Shown one piece after another: positions 17,366 to 27,585 of a stretch of 47,200 nt of DNA. The number at the start of each line of letters is the position of its first letter. Within the stretch, counting starts at the first letter, position 1. The DNA is taken from assembly GCA_021732495.1 (NCBI GenBank), contig JAKFUY010000034.1, positions 1 to 47,200 on the forward strand. The letters run 5' to 3'. Under the pieces are notes generated by a model, which saw only the letters and a list, made by a program, of their open reading frames with translations, was not told where the DNA came from and ran no database searches. Source of the stretch: Legionellales bacterium. Lineage in GTDB: Bacteria > Pseudomonadota > Gammaproteobacteria > Legionellales > Legionellaceae. The position numbers and the translations under genes are program-made.

Positions 17366-20074
17366 ATGTTAAATCGAGTTGAAACGGTTCCATCTTTACG
17401 TTTTTTTCCTGAAGTTGTACTTAATCCTTCTGATGTGATTCAATCTATTTTTCAATCTCTGCCTGTATCGATGAATAGAGATTTAAAACAAGCCATCGTT
17501 TTAAATAGCCTCCATGCGACGCAACAGTATTTGCAACAACATGGTAAACTTTCCAAACGTGATGCCGCATTGCCAAAAGAATGGTCTTTAGAGAAAAAAC
17601 TAGCCGAGGTTGCAGCCCTAAGACAAAAATATTATGCGCGTCCGGTATTAACTGCTCATCCGACTGAGATTTTATCGGATGATATGCAAATTCGCATTCA
17701 ATCCTTAATTAAAAAAGCATTACAATTGAAAAGCCGCCCTCAAGAAGCCCTTGTTCATCAGATTGCCAATGATATTCGCTATATCTGCGAGCACAGTTTA
17801 TTGCCTGCAGAAAATCTCAGTCCTGAAGCTGAGATGGCACGTCAAGACCGTTTATATCTTGATATGATGGAAAGTTTTTCAGTATTTAATCGAGACAATA
17901 TCAAAGCCTTTGCGCGCAATCATCAGGTACCTTCTCAGCAGGTTGAAGAAATACTTACCAAAGCCAATAAATGGTCCTATCAGAATGTGTCAAGTTGGGT
18001 AGTTGCCGATATCGATGGTAATAAAAAGCGTACCGTTGAGGGGATGAAAACGATGGAATCTGGCTTGCAACTGGCGATTATCGAACGCTATTTGGCCCGG
18101 ATTGAGCCTTTGTTGGAAGATATTCCTCAGCTTCAAAGTGCCTTCAATTATTTGAAACGCTGTCAACTTGCGATTCGAGATGGTATTTATTTTAGTCTAA
18201 AAGGGGCTGAAATTGCTAAAAATAGACTAATGCGTTTAATTAAAGACCAATTGGCATTAGAGCCTAAGATGAGCCAGCAGTTGTCTTGGCTTTATGATTT
18301 GATTGATATTGTCGGCATGAGAGGTCATTTGAAACAATTTGTGCGACAATCAAGCAAAGCCAATGCCGATGTGTTTGAAAATTTTGTACAGATTTTAAAA
18401 ACAGCCTATCCAGAAATGTCTCATCTACAGCACTATGCACAATGGTCTCAATCAATGAAAGCAAAATTGCATCATCGATTGCGAACCGATTCTGGGTATT
18501 TTAAAACCATCAAGTCAAATATTCATTTATTATCAGCGGACTCAAAAAGAGAGCTCGATATTCTTGAGTTTGTGATTGAATACCAAGAACAGTTTTCCTA
18601 TATTTTGTCCGATACCGAAAACTACACCAGTTTAAATGAGGTGGTGATCTTATTTGGATTTGTGGCCTATCGTAAAAATAAACTGTTTATCAATGATATT
18701 CGTTGTCCGCCAGTACTTTTGATTCCTTTGTGTGAAACACCTGAGGACTTAAAAAACTTAACGGATATTTTTGATGAAATGTTATCAGATCCGTATATGA
18801 AACAACTGATTATCGATAAAGGTGAAATGGTTTATGTTGCAGGTCCCAGTGATCTGGGCAAAGAAGGTGGTATATTTGCGCATGTGGATTTAATTGAATC
18901 AGAAAAAAATGCAAAACGTGTTTTAGAAAAATATCAGGCCCTAGATCCAGCACTAAAGCAGGTCAAACTTCGTGTGCTTTATGGGATGGGAAGTGATTTT
19001 CATCGTCGGGTGTCAGATGCATTTTCTCAATTGTTTTGTACTTTTCAGGGAACTGATGCATGTGCATTAGGGGCATATGGCAGTTATCAAGCTTATGTAG
19101 AAAATATTTCTGGTCGGCCATCGGAAAATAGTGAGCGTGCCCTGGAATTGGATATACTTGAGAAAAAACATCCAGACGATTATGCTATTTTAAAACAAGT
19201 CGTATCTAGAACAGTTAAGGGTTACCGAGAATTTATTTTTGATCCGGCAAGTTTGGAGTTATTTAAGCGGTTGACGATACCCTATCAGTTAGGGATTTTA
19301 ACCAATACCAGTTCACGTGGTGAAGCTAAAAATAGCGCTCCTAAAGACATCAATAAAAGCCGTGCTATTGGTATGGCCAATTATGATATTGCATCATTAT
19401 TTATGATGCGTATTTTTATGAGTGCCGATGCATTGGTAGACTTGCCAGCATCTATGGTAGACAAGCTCCCTAACCTTTATCAGGCCTCCTCTGTCTTAAG
19501 AGAACAAGTGTTAAAAACGCTGTTTGCCATTGCGGTGTGTGATGAACAAAGAGCACTTAAAAAAATCTTTGGTTATTTACCAACAAAACCGGTTCTTGAG
19601 TCCTTGGCCCAGCAATTTATCCACAAAAAACAAAGTGGTGCGCCAAGAACCGTCGAAGAGTCGTTGGCCTATGCAATTTGTCGCTTGCCTAGAATCATGC
19701 ATGCATTACTCGGGTTTTTCGCGCCAGCGATACAAATCAATGCAGAAATGTATTTGCAAAAGGAGCGGCCAATTCCTCAACAAGCTTTGGGTTTAATTGA
19801 ACAAATCGGAAATTATGATCTTTTATACCATGAATTATATCAAGAGATTAAAAATGATTTATTGCCGCGCTATCGCCAGTTAGCTACTTGCCTGGATGCA
19901 TATGGTGCTGCCCAGGGTAAGGTGTCTAAAGAAGAGATGGCAATCATTGAGGAAAATGTAGTATTAGCGCTGCGTGGAGATAAAAATATCACTGCAGGGC
20001 CAGTTACCCTTGCAAAAATGACTGGTCGAGAGCATCCAATGCCAGAGATTTATCAATTGAGAGCAAAGCTATAA
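17366..20074 (+). CDS. Phosphoenolpyruvate carboxylase family protein (atypical motifs)
   Basis: 902 aa. It has the VLTAHPTE signature, PLCET (vs PLFET), GPSDLGKEGG (vs GYSDSxKDxG) and ADIDGNKK (vs GGDRDGNP). The FHGRGGxxGRGG loop is replaced by LYGMGSDFHRRV, and the C-terminal QNTG is absent. Confidence 0.7.
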   Translation: MLNRVETVPSLRFFPEVVLNPSDVIQSIFQSLPVSMNRDLKQAIVLNSLHATQQYLQQHGKLSKRDAALPKEWSLEKKLAEVAALRQKYYARPVLTAHPTEILSDDMQIRIQSLIKKALQLKSRPQEALVHQIANDIRYICEHSLLPAENLSPEAEMARQDRLYLDMMESFSVFNRDNIKAFARNHQVPSQQVEEILTKANKWSYQNVSSWVVADIDGNKKRTVEGMKTMESGLQLAIIERYLARIEPLLEDIPQLQSAFNYLKRCQLAIRDGIYFSLKGAEIAKNRLMRLIKDQLALEPKMSQQLSWLYDLIDIVGMRGHLKQFVRQSSKANADVFENFVQILKTAYPEMSHLQHYAQWSQSMKAKLHHRLRTDSGYFKTIKSNIHLLSADSKRELDILEFVIEYQEQFSYILSDTENYTSLNEVVILFGFVAYRKNKLFINDIRCPPVLLIPLCETPEDLKNLTDIFDEMLSDPYMKQLIIDKGEMVYVAGPSDLGKEGGIFAHVDLIESEKNAKRVLEKYQALDPALKQVKLRVLYGMGSDFHRRVSDAFSQLFCTFQGTDACALGAYGSYQAYVENISGRPSENSERALELDILEKKHPDDYAILKQVVSRTVKGYREFIFDPASLELFKRLTIPYQLGILTNTSSRGEAKNSAPKDINKSRAIGMANYDIASLFMMRIFMSADALVDLPASMVDKLPNLYQASSVLREQVLKTLFAIAVCDEQRALKKIFGYLPTKPVLESLAQQFIHKKQSGAPRTVEESLAYAICRLPRIMHALLGFFAPAIQINAEMYLQKERPIPQQALGLIEQIGNYDLLYHELYQEIKNDLLPRYRQLATCLDAYGAAQGKVSKEEMAIIEENVVLALRGDKNITAGPVTLAKMTGREHPMPEIYQLRAKL

Positions 20075-20134
20075 GCTCACGGCAAATGGATGAACTATAC
20101 TTAATGCATAAAGGGATTGATTTGAGGACTGTTT

Positions 20135-21613
20135 ATGTATGAAGAATTAATCAGCGCTTATCGTGTTGAATTGCCTGCGATATCTTTTGGTGGCATTATG
20201 GTTGATGGGACCTTAGTGCCAGGCTCGCATGTGAATTTGTTGTTAAAGCAGTTCAATCGACATGGTTTGGTAGCGGGTGCTACTGGAAGTGGTAAAACCA
20301 AAAGTCTACAAGTTCTAGCTGAAAAATTATCGTTAGCCGGTGTCCCAAGTCTTCTTTTGGATGTCAAAGGCGACCTATCAGGTCTAGCAATGTCTGGAAC
20401 GCCCAACAAAGGCTTAGAAGAGCGCTGTCAGTCTTTAAACATTCCCTTTGAACCACAGGGATTTTCTGTGGAGTTATTAAGTATTAGTGAGCATATCAAA
20501 GGTGTTCCAGTTCGGGCCACCGTCGGTGATTTTGGGCCACTTTTATTTTCACGAATGCTGGAACTCAATGATACACAATCAGGGGTTTTGACGATTTTAT
20601 TTGAATACGCCAAAGCCAAAGCATTTAATATTGTAACCCTCGATGATTTTAAAGCTCTGCTGCAATTTAGCCAAACTGAAGAAGGTATTGATGCCATTGA
20701 AAAAAAATATGGGCATATTTCATCTACAACAGTCGGAACTATTATGCGTAAATTGATAGAGCTTGAGTCTCAGGAAGGGCGCTATTTTTTTGGAGAGCCT
20801 GCCTATCAAGTCAATGATTTAATGCGTTTTGATTCCAGTGGCAGAGGGATAATTTCTATTCTTCGTGTCATGGATATGCAAGATAAGCCCTTTTTGTTTT
20901 CAACATTTATGGTGAAATTGCTATCTGATATCTATCGTCAATTGCCTGAGGCTGGCGATTTAGACAAACCTAAACTCATGCTTTTTATCGATGAAGCACA
21001 TTTGATTTTCAATAATGCCAATAAGGCTTTATTAAATTTATTGGATACAATTGTAAAGCTTATTCGCTCTAAAGGGGTAGGCATCATTTTCTGTACCCAA
21101 ACCCCTAAAGATGTTCCTGAAAATATTTTAAGTCAGTTGGGACTTAAAATTCAGCATTCATTACGTGCTTTTACTGCCAATGATAGAAAAGCGATTGCGC
21201 TTACTGCTAAAAATTTTCCACCTTCTACTTTTTATAATACTGAGGAGCTATTAACCTCTTTAGGTATAGGAGAAGCGCTACTTACCGCAATTGATGGTAA
21301 AGGGGTGCCAACACCTTTGGTACAATGTCTGGTTTGCCCTCCACAGTCACGTATGGGGGTGCTCAATGCCGAGGAAGAAGCGTTAATGTTATCTCAGTCA
21401 CCTTTGTATCCAAAATACCAAAATCGTCTTGAGCATCCTCTGGCGAAAGAATTGATAGAAACACAAAACGTTATCAATACAGTGAAAGAAAATGCGGCTA
21501 TAGAATTGAGTATGATAGACAAATTGAGTAAAAATACCTTGTTTCGACAGATTGTAAGAGACGTATTTAAAAAGCTCATGCAAATATTGCTATCGATGCT
21601 GAAAAAAAAATAA
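20135..21613 (+). CDS. HerA-like ATPase, DUF853 (YjgR) family
   Basis: 492 aa, Walker A GATGSGKT, Walker B LMLFIDEAH. Size and layout match E. coli YjgR. Confidence 0.8.
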   Translation: MYEELISAYRVELPAISFGGIMVDGTLVPGSHVNLLLKQFNRHGLVAGATGSGKTKSLQVLAEKLSLAGVPSLLLDVKGDLSGLAMSGTPNKGLEERCQSLNIPFEPQGFSVELLSISEHIKGVPVRATVGDFGPLLFSRMLELNDTQSGVLTILFEYAKAKAFNIVTLDDFKALLQFSQTEEGIDAIEKKYGHISSTTVGTIMRKLIELESQEGRYFFGEPAYQVNDLMRFDSSGRGIISILRVMDMQDKPFLFSTFMVKLLSDIYRQLPEAGDLDKPKLMLFIDEAHLIFNNANKALLNLLDTIVKLIRSKGVGIIFCTQTPKDVPENILSQLGLKIQHSLRAFTANDRKAIALTAKNFPPSTFYNTEELLTSLGIGEALLTAIDGKGVPTPLVQCLVCPPQSRMGVLNAEEEALMLSQSPLYPKYQNRLEHPLAKELIETQNVINTVKENAAIELSMIDKLSKNTLFRQIVRDVFKKLMQILLSMLKKK

Positions 21614-21673
21614 TGGCTTCATGAAATTTCTTTGATAGTATCATGGCTCAGATTGTGTGTTTTTGTTTGTTTA

Positions 21674-23608
21674 ATGGTAAAGACTTATCGTCAAGATATT
21701 GATGGGCTGAGGGCCATTGCGGTTATCTTTGTGATTTTATACCACGCATTTCCAAAATGGTTTGGCGGTGGTTATCTTGGTGTGGATATTTTTTTTGTCA
21801 TTTCAGGTTATTTAATCTCGCAGATTTTATGCTTTGAAATTGAAAGCCATCAATGGCGTTGGACAACATTTTATAGTCGTCGTATCAAAAGAATATTGCC
21901 GTCTTTGCTTTTAGTATTGGTGGTCTTGATGCTTTTGGGGTATTTCCTTTTGTTTGATCCCGAATATCAAAGCTTAAATCTGCATGTGCTCGCCAGTTCG
22001 TTTTTTTTAAATAATATTTTATTATGGTCTCAGACGTCTCAATATTTTGATGCCGGTAGTCATTTTAAACCCTTATTACATTTATGGTCTTTGGGGGTGG
22101 AAGAGCAATTCTATCTTTTCTGGCCGCCTTTCATGTATTTTTTATACCAGAAAAAAATCTCCAAGCCCTACGGCATAGGCGCACTGATGTTGATTTCATT
22201 GCTGGTGTGCCTATTGGGTAAGAATACGTTTTATCTCCCATTGGGGCGCATCTGGGAGTTGGGTCTGGGTGGGTTGCTTTGTTACTACCAGCCTATCGTG
22301 CTGCGGCAACATTCCTATCTCGGTTTTGTGGCGTTTTTAGTGTTGCTAGGGCTTTCAATATGGGTATATTTCCAAAACAGCCTACTTGTAATGATGATGG
22401 CCACATTTTCTACGGCGATTTTGATTGTTTATCCTGGTGTTGTGAATCGGTGGGTCTTGAGTCATCCTGTGTTGGTGTTTTTGGGAATGATAAGTTACCC
22501 CTTATATTTATGGCATTGGAGTTTATTGTCTTTTGCACATATTATTGCTGCTGGTGCGATAAGCACTTATTTAACCATTCTCATTTTGATAGTCAGTATC
22601 ATATTAAGTGGTTTGACCTATGTTTTTATTGAAAAACCCATACGTATGAACCCCAGCAACCAATTGTCCTGGTTGTTGTTGGTCATGCTTTTTATCATAG
22701 GGGCAATAGGTGGCTATGTCTTTTATCATCATGGTTTGCCGGGCCGCCCGATTGATAGAGAATTGCAAACATTGATTGCTGATATGACCCAGTTTGATTC
22801 CTATCAGAAACGGGCGGTCACATGTAAGCTTGGAGGAGGGGATGTTTGTATGCAAAATAAACCTGGGTCGCCTGAATTTTTACTATGGGGGGATAGCCAT
22901 GCGGAACATTTATTTCCCGGGCTGATGGATATGGATAATGCGCATGATTGGATGTTATTAACTAGTCATACTTGTCCACCATTGTTGGGAGTGAAAGCCT
23001 ATTGGCAGGGTCAGCAAGACACATGCGTGATGGCCAATCAAAAGACCTTGGAGGTGTTGAAAAATACCCCTTCAATCAAAACCGTGGTTGTGGCTTTTGT
23101 AGGACTTTTTTATTTAAGCAATGAAATAGCTCCCGTTGAGTTGGCAGGCCCTTATTCACCTGGTTTTTTTCATTTAGAGTTGCTTGGTGGCCCGACGTTA
23201 GATAAGTCGACGGTTGTTATACGCGGATTAGAAAATACCATTGCGGCCCTACTTTCAATGGGTAAAAAAGTGGTCATTGTTGAAGATAATCCATTGTTGC
23301 CTTTTATGCCGTCGGCTTGTGTGCAAAGGCCTTTGCAACCTCCTTCGCTTGATTGCCAGTTACCCCTTGATAAAGTCATGCAAATTCAAAATGATTATCA
23401 TCAATTGTTAGAGCGGGTCATTCGGCAATATCCCCAAGTCAGCTTGTATCGAAGTATGGATGCATTGTGCAATGATAGCTTTTGCCCGGTGTTATTAAAG
23501 CATCATCTTTTGTATCGTGATAGTCAGCACTTAAGTTTGGCCGGAAGTGCAATCGTAGCAAAAGGCCTGTTAGCTAAACTTCAGTCACAGTCGCATACAA
23601 CGCTTTGA
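21674..23608 (+). CDS. Acyltransferase family 3 (OafA-like) with C-terminal SGNH domain
   Basis: N-terminal [16 protein letters not shown] motif, about 10 TM segments and a C-terminal GDSH (WGDSHAEH) SGNH-like domain. The ATG at 21674 is preferred over the TTG at 21632. Confidence 0.8.
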   Translation: MVKTYRQDIDGLRAIAVIFVILYHAFPKWFGGGYLGVDIFFVISGYLISQILCFEIESHQWRWTTFYSRRIKRILPSLLLVLVVLMLLGYFLLFDPEYQSLNLHVLASSFFLNNILLWSQTSQYFDAGSHFKPLLHLWSLGVEEQFYLFWPPFMYFLYQKKISKPYGIGALMLISLLVCLLGKNTFYLPLGRIWELGLGGLLCYYQPIVLRQHSYLGFVAFLVLLGLSIWVYFQNSLLVMMMATFSTAILIVYPGVVNRWVLSHPVLVFLGMISYPLYLWHWSLLSFAHIIAAGAISTYLTILILIVSIILSGLTYVFIEKPIRMNPSNQLSWLLLVMLFIIGAIGGYVFYHHGLPGRPIDRELQTLIADMTQFDSYQKRAVTCKLGGGDVCMQNKPGSPEFLLWGDSHAEHLFPGLMDMDNAHDWMLLTSHTCPPLLGVKAYWQGQQDTCVMANQKTLEVLKNTPSIKTVVVAFVGLFYLSNEIAPVELAGPYSPGFFHLELLGGPTLDKSTVVIRGLENTIAALLSMGKKVVIVEDNPLLPFMPSACVQRPLQPPSLDCQLPLDKVMQIQNDYHQLLERVIRQYPQVSLYRSMDALCNDSFCPVLLKHHLLYRDSQHLSLAGSAIVAKGLLAKLQSQSHTTL

Positions 23609-26105
23609 GTTGGTAAAGCATACTTAAAGCTTCTTTGGGGCTTATGTCGTCGGGTTCTAAATGTTGCAATGCGCTCATCAATTGCATTAGTTTGGGGTCT
23701 ACCTTGGGAGCCGATGGTTTTTGATGAAGCCCTGGTGTTTGTTGTAAAATATGCAGTCTATGCAATGCCTCAGTTAGAATTTCTTTAGGAAATCCTGCTC
23801 TTGCTGCCACTTCTAAGCCATAGCTTTCAGTGATGGGGCCGGCTTGTAATTGATATAAAAATACCACTTCTTTGAGGTTGGTGACAACATGCATATGCAT
23901 GTTTTTGATCATTGCGTACTGCTCTTCAAGCTCGGTGAGTTCAAAATAATGTGTGGAAAACAAGGTGTACGCTTTGATTTGGGTGGCAAGGTGCACAGCG
24001 CATGCATGTGCTAGAGCAATCCCATCGTGGGTGCTGGTGCCTCGGCCGATCTCATCAATTAAAACCAAACTTTCATGGGTTGCATGTTTTAAAATTGACG
24101 CCATTTCTGTCATTTCTACCATAAAAGTAGACTGCCCCTTGGCCAGATGATCACTTGCACCAATTCGGGTAAAGATTTGATCGACAGGGCCTATGGTGGC
24201 TGATTTTGCCGGCACATAACTCCCCACATGCGCAAGCAATACAATGAGCGCATTTTGCCGCATAAAAGTAGATTTACCCCCCATATTGGGGCCGGTGATT
24301 AGCCAAAGATATTGGTCGCTAGCATCTAAGTTTAAATCATTGGGGATAAATTGATGTGGACTATGTGCCGCCACAATGGGGTGTTTGCCTTGCTCTATTT
24401 TAAGGCATGGAGTTTTGCTCATTTTAGGCTTAACCCAATGCAGTTGATGGGCACGCTCTGCAAGACATGCTAAGACATCAAGTGTTGCTAATGACGATGA
24501 CAATAAGCGCAATTGCGGAATATATACGGCAATTTCTTGCAACACCTCATCAAATAAAAATTTTTCTCTTTGTAATGCCTTAGACTCTGCTGAAAGCAGT
24601 TTTGCTTCAAAATTACTGAGCTCATCAGTGACAAAGCGTTCAATGTTTTTTAAGGTCTGTTTGCGATGAAATACAGGAGGTAGTTTATCAGAATGGATTC
24701 TGGAGACTTCAAAAAAATAGCCTTGAATTTTATTAAATCCCAAACGTAGGCTAGAAATATTTGTGTCAATTTGCGCTTGAAGCTCTATATTGCGTAAATG
24801 TTCATTGGCATGATGGTGGATGGAGCGTAATTCATCGAGATCGGCATCAAATCCTGGTGCAATGACACCACCATCACGGATCCACACCGGTGGCTGGGGT
24901 ACAATGGCGCGTTCTAAATAAGCCAATAGTTCAGGTTCGGGATGAAGTTGCACCACGCATTGCTGCAATAGTAGTGGTAGTGATGACTTATCGAGTATTT
25001 CTAAAAGATTAGGAATGATTTTGAGAGAATTGGTTAACTGGACAAGCTCTCGGGGCTTACTGTTTTTTAAATAGATTCGAGTGGCAATGCGGTCAATATC
25101 ATAAAATGCTTTAAGTTGTTCTCGCAATCCAGAAAAGCCTTGGTTTAAAAAATAGGCAATAGCATTTAGTCTTTCTTCAATTGCATCATGATGACGCAGT
25201 GGTTTACTTAACCAACGTTTTAAAAGACGACTACCCAATACGGTTTGGGTGGAGTCTAGCAATTCGACCAAGGTGAACTCTTGATTGTTTTGTTGATTTT
25301 TCAAAACTTCTAAATGAATTTGCGTATGGGCATCCAATCGGAGGAATTGTTCTGGGCTTTGTAAAAAAAACTGAGAAATTTGGGGGATATTCTGTCGATA
25401 GGTCTCTTCTAAATACTGAAAAAGACCCCCCATAACCATCAGTATCGGACTAGGGTATTGTGGATGAGGGTGGTCGTTTAGATATTTTTGTGCGAGCTCA
25501 GGATTAAAATAATCCATAGGCTTTTGAATACAATTCAATCGACTTAAAAGGTTTGAGTTTAATTGAAGTGATTGGGGGGTCAGAATTTCTTGTGCTTGAA
25601 GTTTTAAGAGTTCTGCTTCAAGGCCATCGAGATCGGGTATGATCATGCCATGACAATGACCACAGGTGACATCGACCCACGACAGTTGAAATTGATTTTC
25701 GTGTTCAATAATGGCTAAGAGAATTTGATCTTTTTTCGCATCGAGTAGGTTTTCATCGGTAATGGTCCCTGGTGTTACAATGCGTGTGACCTCTCTGTGC
25801 ATGGGGCCTTTTCCCGTTTTTGCTTCGCCGATTTGTTCACAAATCACAACCGATTCACCAACCCTTAATAACTTTTCCAAATAATTATCGAGCGTATGAT
25901 ACGGAATTCCAGCCATAGGTATGGGACTACCAGCAGATTGGCCTCTTTGGGTAAGGGTTAGGTGTAAAATTTTTGCAGCTTTCTTTGCATCATCGAAAAA
26001 TAACTCATAAAAATCACCCATACGATAGAGCAGCAACATATCAGGATAATCGTTTTTGATTTGCAAGTATTGCTGCATCATCGGGGTGTGGGTATGCGTC
26101 ATCAT
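23574..26105 (-). CDS. mutS: DNA mismatch repair protein MutS
   Basis: 843 aa, N-terminal TPMMQQY mismatch-binding motif, Walker [12 protein letters not shown] Walker B ([10 protein letters not shown]). Confidence 0.95.
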   Translation of the reverse strand: MMTHTHTPMMQQYLQIKNDYPDMLLLYRMGDFYELFFDDAKKAAKILHLTLTQRGQSAGSPIPMAGIPYHTLDNYLEKLLRVGESVVICEQIGEAKTGKGPMHREVTRIVTPGTITDENLLDAKKDQILLAIIEHENQFQLSWVDVTCGHCHGMIIPDLDGLEAELLKLQAQEILTPQSLQLNSNLLSRLNCIQKPMDYFNPELAQKYLNDHPHPQYPSPILMVMGGLFQYLEETYRQNIPQISQFFLQSPEQFLRLDAHTQIHLEVLKNQQNNQEFTLVELLDSTQTVLGSRLLKRWLSKPLRHHDAIEERLNAIAYFLNQGFSGLREQLKAFYDIDRIATRIYLKNSKPRELVQLTNSLKIIPNLLEILDKSSLPLLLQQCVVQLHPEPELLAYLERAIVPQPPVWIRDGGVIAPGFDADLDELRSIHHHANEHLRNIELQAQIDTNISSLRLGFNKIQGYFFEVSRIHSDKLPPVFHRKQTLKNIERFVTDELSNFEAKLLSAESKALQREKFLFDEVLQEIAVYIPQLRLLSSSLATLDVLACLAERAHQLHWVKPKMSKTPCLKIEQGKHPIVAAHSPHQFIPNDLNLDASDQYLWLITGPNMGGKSTFMRQNALIVLLAHVGSYVPAKSATIGPVDQIFTRIGASDHLAKGQSTFMVEMTEMASILKHATHESLVLIDEIGRGTSTHDGIALAHACAVHLATQIKAYTLFSTHYFELTELEEQYAMIKNMHMHVVTNLKEVVFLYQLQAGPITESYGLEVAARAGFPKEILTEALHRLHILQQTPGLHQKPSAPKVDPKLMQLMSALQHLEPDDISPKEALSMLYQLKALYATVTEV

Positions 26106-26120
26106 AAAGCCTTACAAATC

Positions 26121-27473
26121 TCAGTCCAGATCATGACTTAACATACGTCGGTAGGCTCTAAAATAAGAAACGGGTGGTAAACTGAGTAAATCGATGAGTT
26201 TGGCCATGTAAATACAGGCATAACGTTCTGCTTGAAAAGCAAAAAACGTTTCTTCAGCACCTGCTCTAAATATTTTCCCCCATTTTTTATTGAAGAAACT
26301 GTCCTGCTCTTTGAGCAGATCAGTGAGTTGTTTGTCAATATCCGACAGGGCACTTTGAATTTTTTCTAAATTTAAATGTTGATGTTGGATGAGATTCCAA
26401 GCATATTGCATTTCAAGTTCTTGCTTGTCTTTCATCAGTACAACGATTTTATTTTCAATGGGCATCGCCTGGTGTTGGCATTTTATTTCATCGGTGAGCT
26501 CTTCAACCACCAAGGCTGTTCGCCAGTCGCAGTTTTTTTTCAAGCGAACGATATCTCCATAAATATGGTCCCCGATATAGAGGATTTCATCACCGTTTAC
26601 ATTTAGTTCTTTCGTTAGTTGCTTGGCATTTCCGCCTTGGTAAATCCCAGGCACAAGCTTCCCATGAACATTGCTCATATTTTCGGTGTCTTGATGGACC
26701 TTTAAAAACCTTAAATCATCATAAAAAAATCGTGGTTTATTGGCGAGTGTGATGATATAAGGAAAAATGTCGCTAATCGTTTTGCCTGCGGGTAAGAAAG
26801 GCTCAATGGTGATACTCAGTAATTTTTTGGTGTAGTTATAATCTGAGTTGGTGAGAATGAAAAAATGCTTCCCATAGTCAATAAATTGTAGCAAGCCAGA
26901 GACAATTTCAGGGGAGATTTGAATATATTCTTGATGGTGAGCAATAATATGCGCTTTCATCTCCCCTCGGGAATGCACTTTATCGACAACATCGATGGTA
27001 TCGAGCGCAATTTGTTGATAACTGGGGAAGAGGCTTGGATGCTTGTCTTTTAAGTTCACCAATTGACTATAAAGAACGCAGAATGCAATGGAAAATGCGG
27101 TGTCAATTGCCATATAGTTATGATCATTTAAATCAATATAAGTGCTACCATAGAACGCAGTTAGTTCTTTATAGCTTTTTAAATAGGTCCCGTGTCGGCA
27201 TTGTTTAATCAGTCCAAAACGGCTCAGTTTTAAAATATTGCCATTTTGAGTATCAATTACTAAACCACGTATGGCATCTTCAAAATGAAATTGACAGCTT
27301 TTGATCAATTCAGGGTAATTTTTTTCGGCGGTGAGATCTTTAATAGCAAAATCATAAACGAGGCTTTCAAATTTTTCAGTATGATAACGTACCAAGGTAT
27401 GATCCATATCAACACCAACCCATTTAATTTTTTTTAAATTGAGTGTGCGATTACAATATATTGGATACTTCAT
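26121..27473 (-). CDS. HAD-superfamily 5'-nucleotidase, cytosolic cN-II-like
   Basis: NRTLNLKKIKWVGVDMDHTLVRY N-terminus (HAD DxDxT motif in the cN-II context). About 450 aa, like the Legionella cN-II homolog. The start at MKYPIY (27473) is preferred over the upstream ORF start at 27533. Confidence 0.75.
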   Translation of the reverse strand: MKYPIYCNRTLNLKKIKWVGVDMDHTLVRYHTEKFESLVYDFAIKDLTAEKNYPELIKSCQFHFEDAIRGLVIDTQNGNILKLSRFGLIKQCRHGTYLKSYKELTAFYGSTYIDLNDHNYMAIDTAFSIAFCVLYSQLVNLKDKHPSLFPSYQQIALDTIDVVDKVHSRGEMKAHIIAHHQEYIQISPEIVSGLLQFIDYGKHFFILTNSDYNYTKKLLSITIEPFLPAGKTISDIFPYIITLANKPRFFYDDLRFLKVHQDTENMSNVHGKLVPGIYQGGNAKQLTKELNVNGDEILYIGDHIYGDIVRLKKNCDWRTALVVEELTDEIKCQHQAMPIENKIVVLMKDKQELEMQYAWNLIQHQHLNLEKIQSALSDIDKQLTDLLKEQDSFFNKKWGKIFRAGAEETFFAFQAERYACIYMAKLIDLLSLPPVSYFRAYRRMLSHDLD

Positions 27474-27585
27474 ATTTCGCCTAGTTCCATTCAAAATTAT
27501 TACTATATTGCCTAAAGATAAAAAAAATGACAATTACAATTGCATATTTTTAGGATAAATATCAAATGTAATTGTCCAAACGTTT

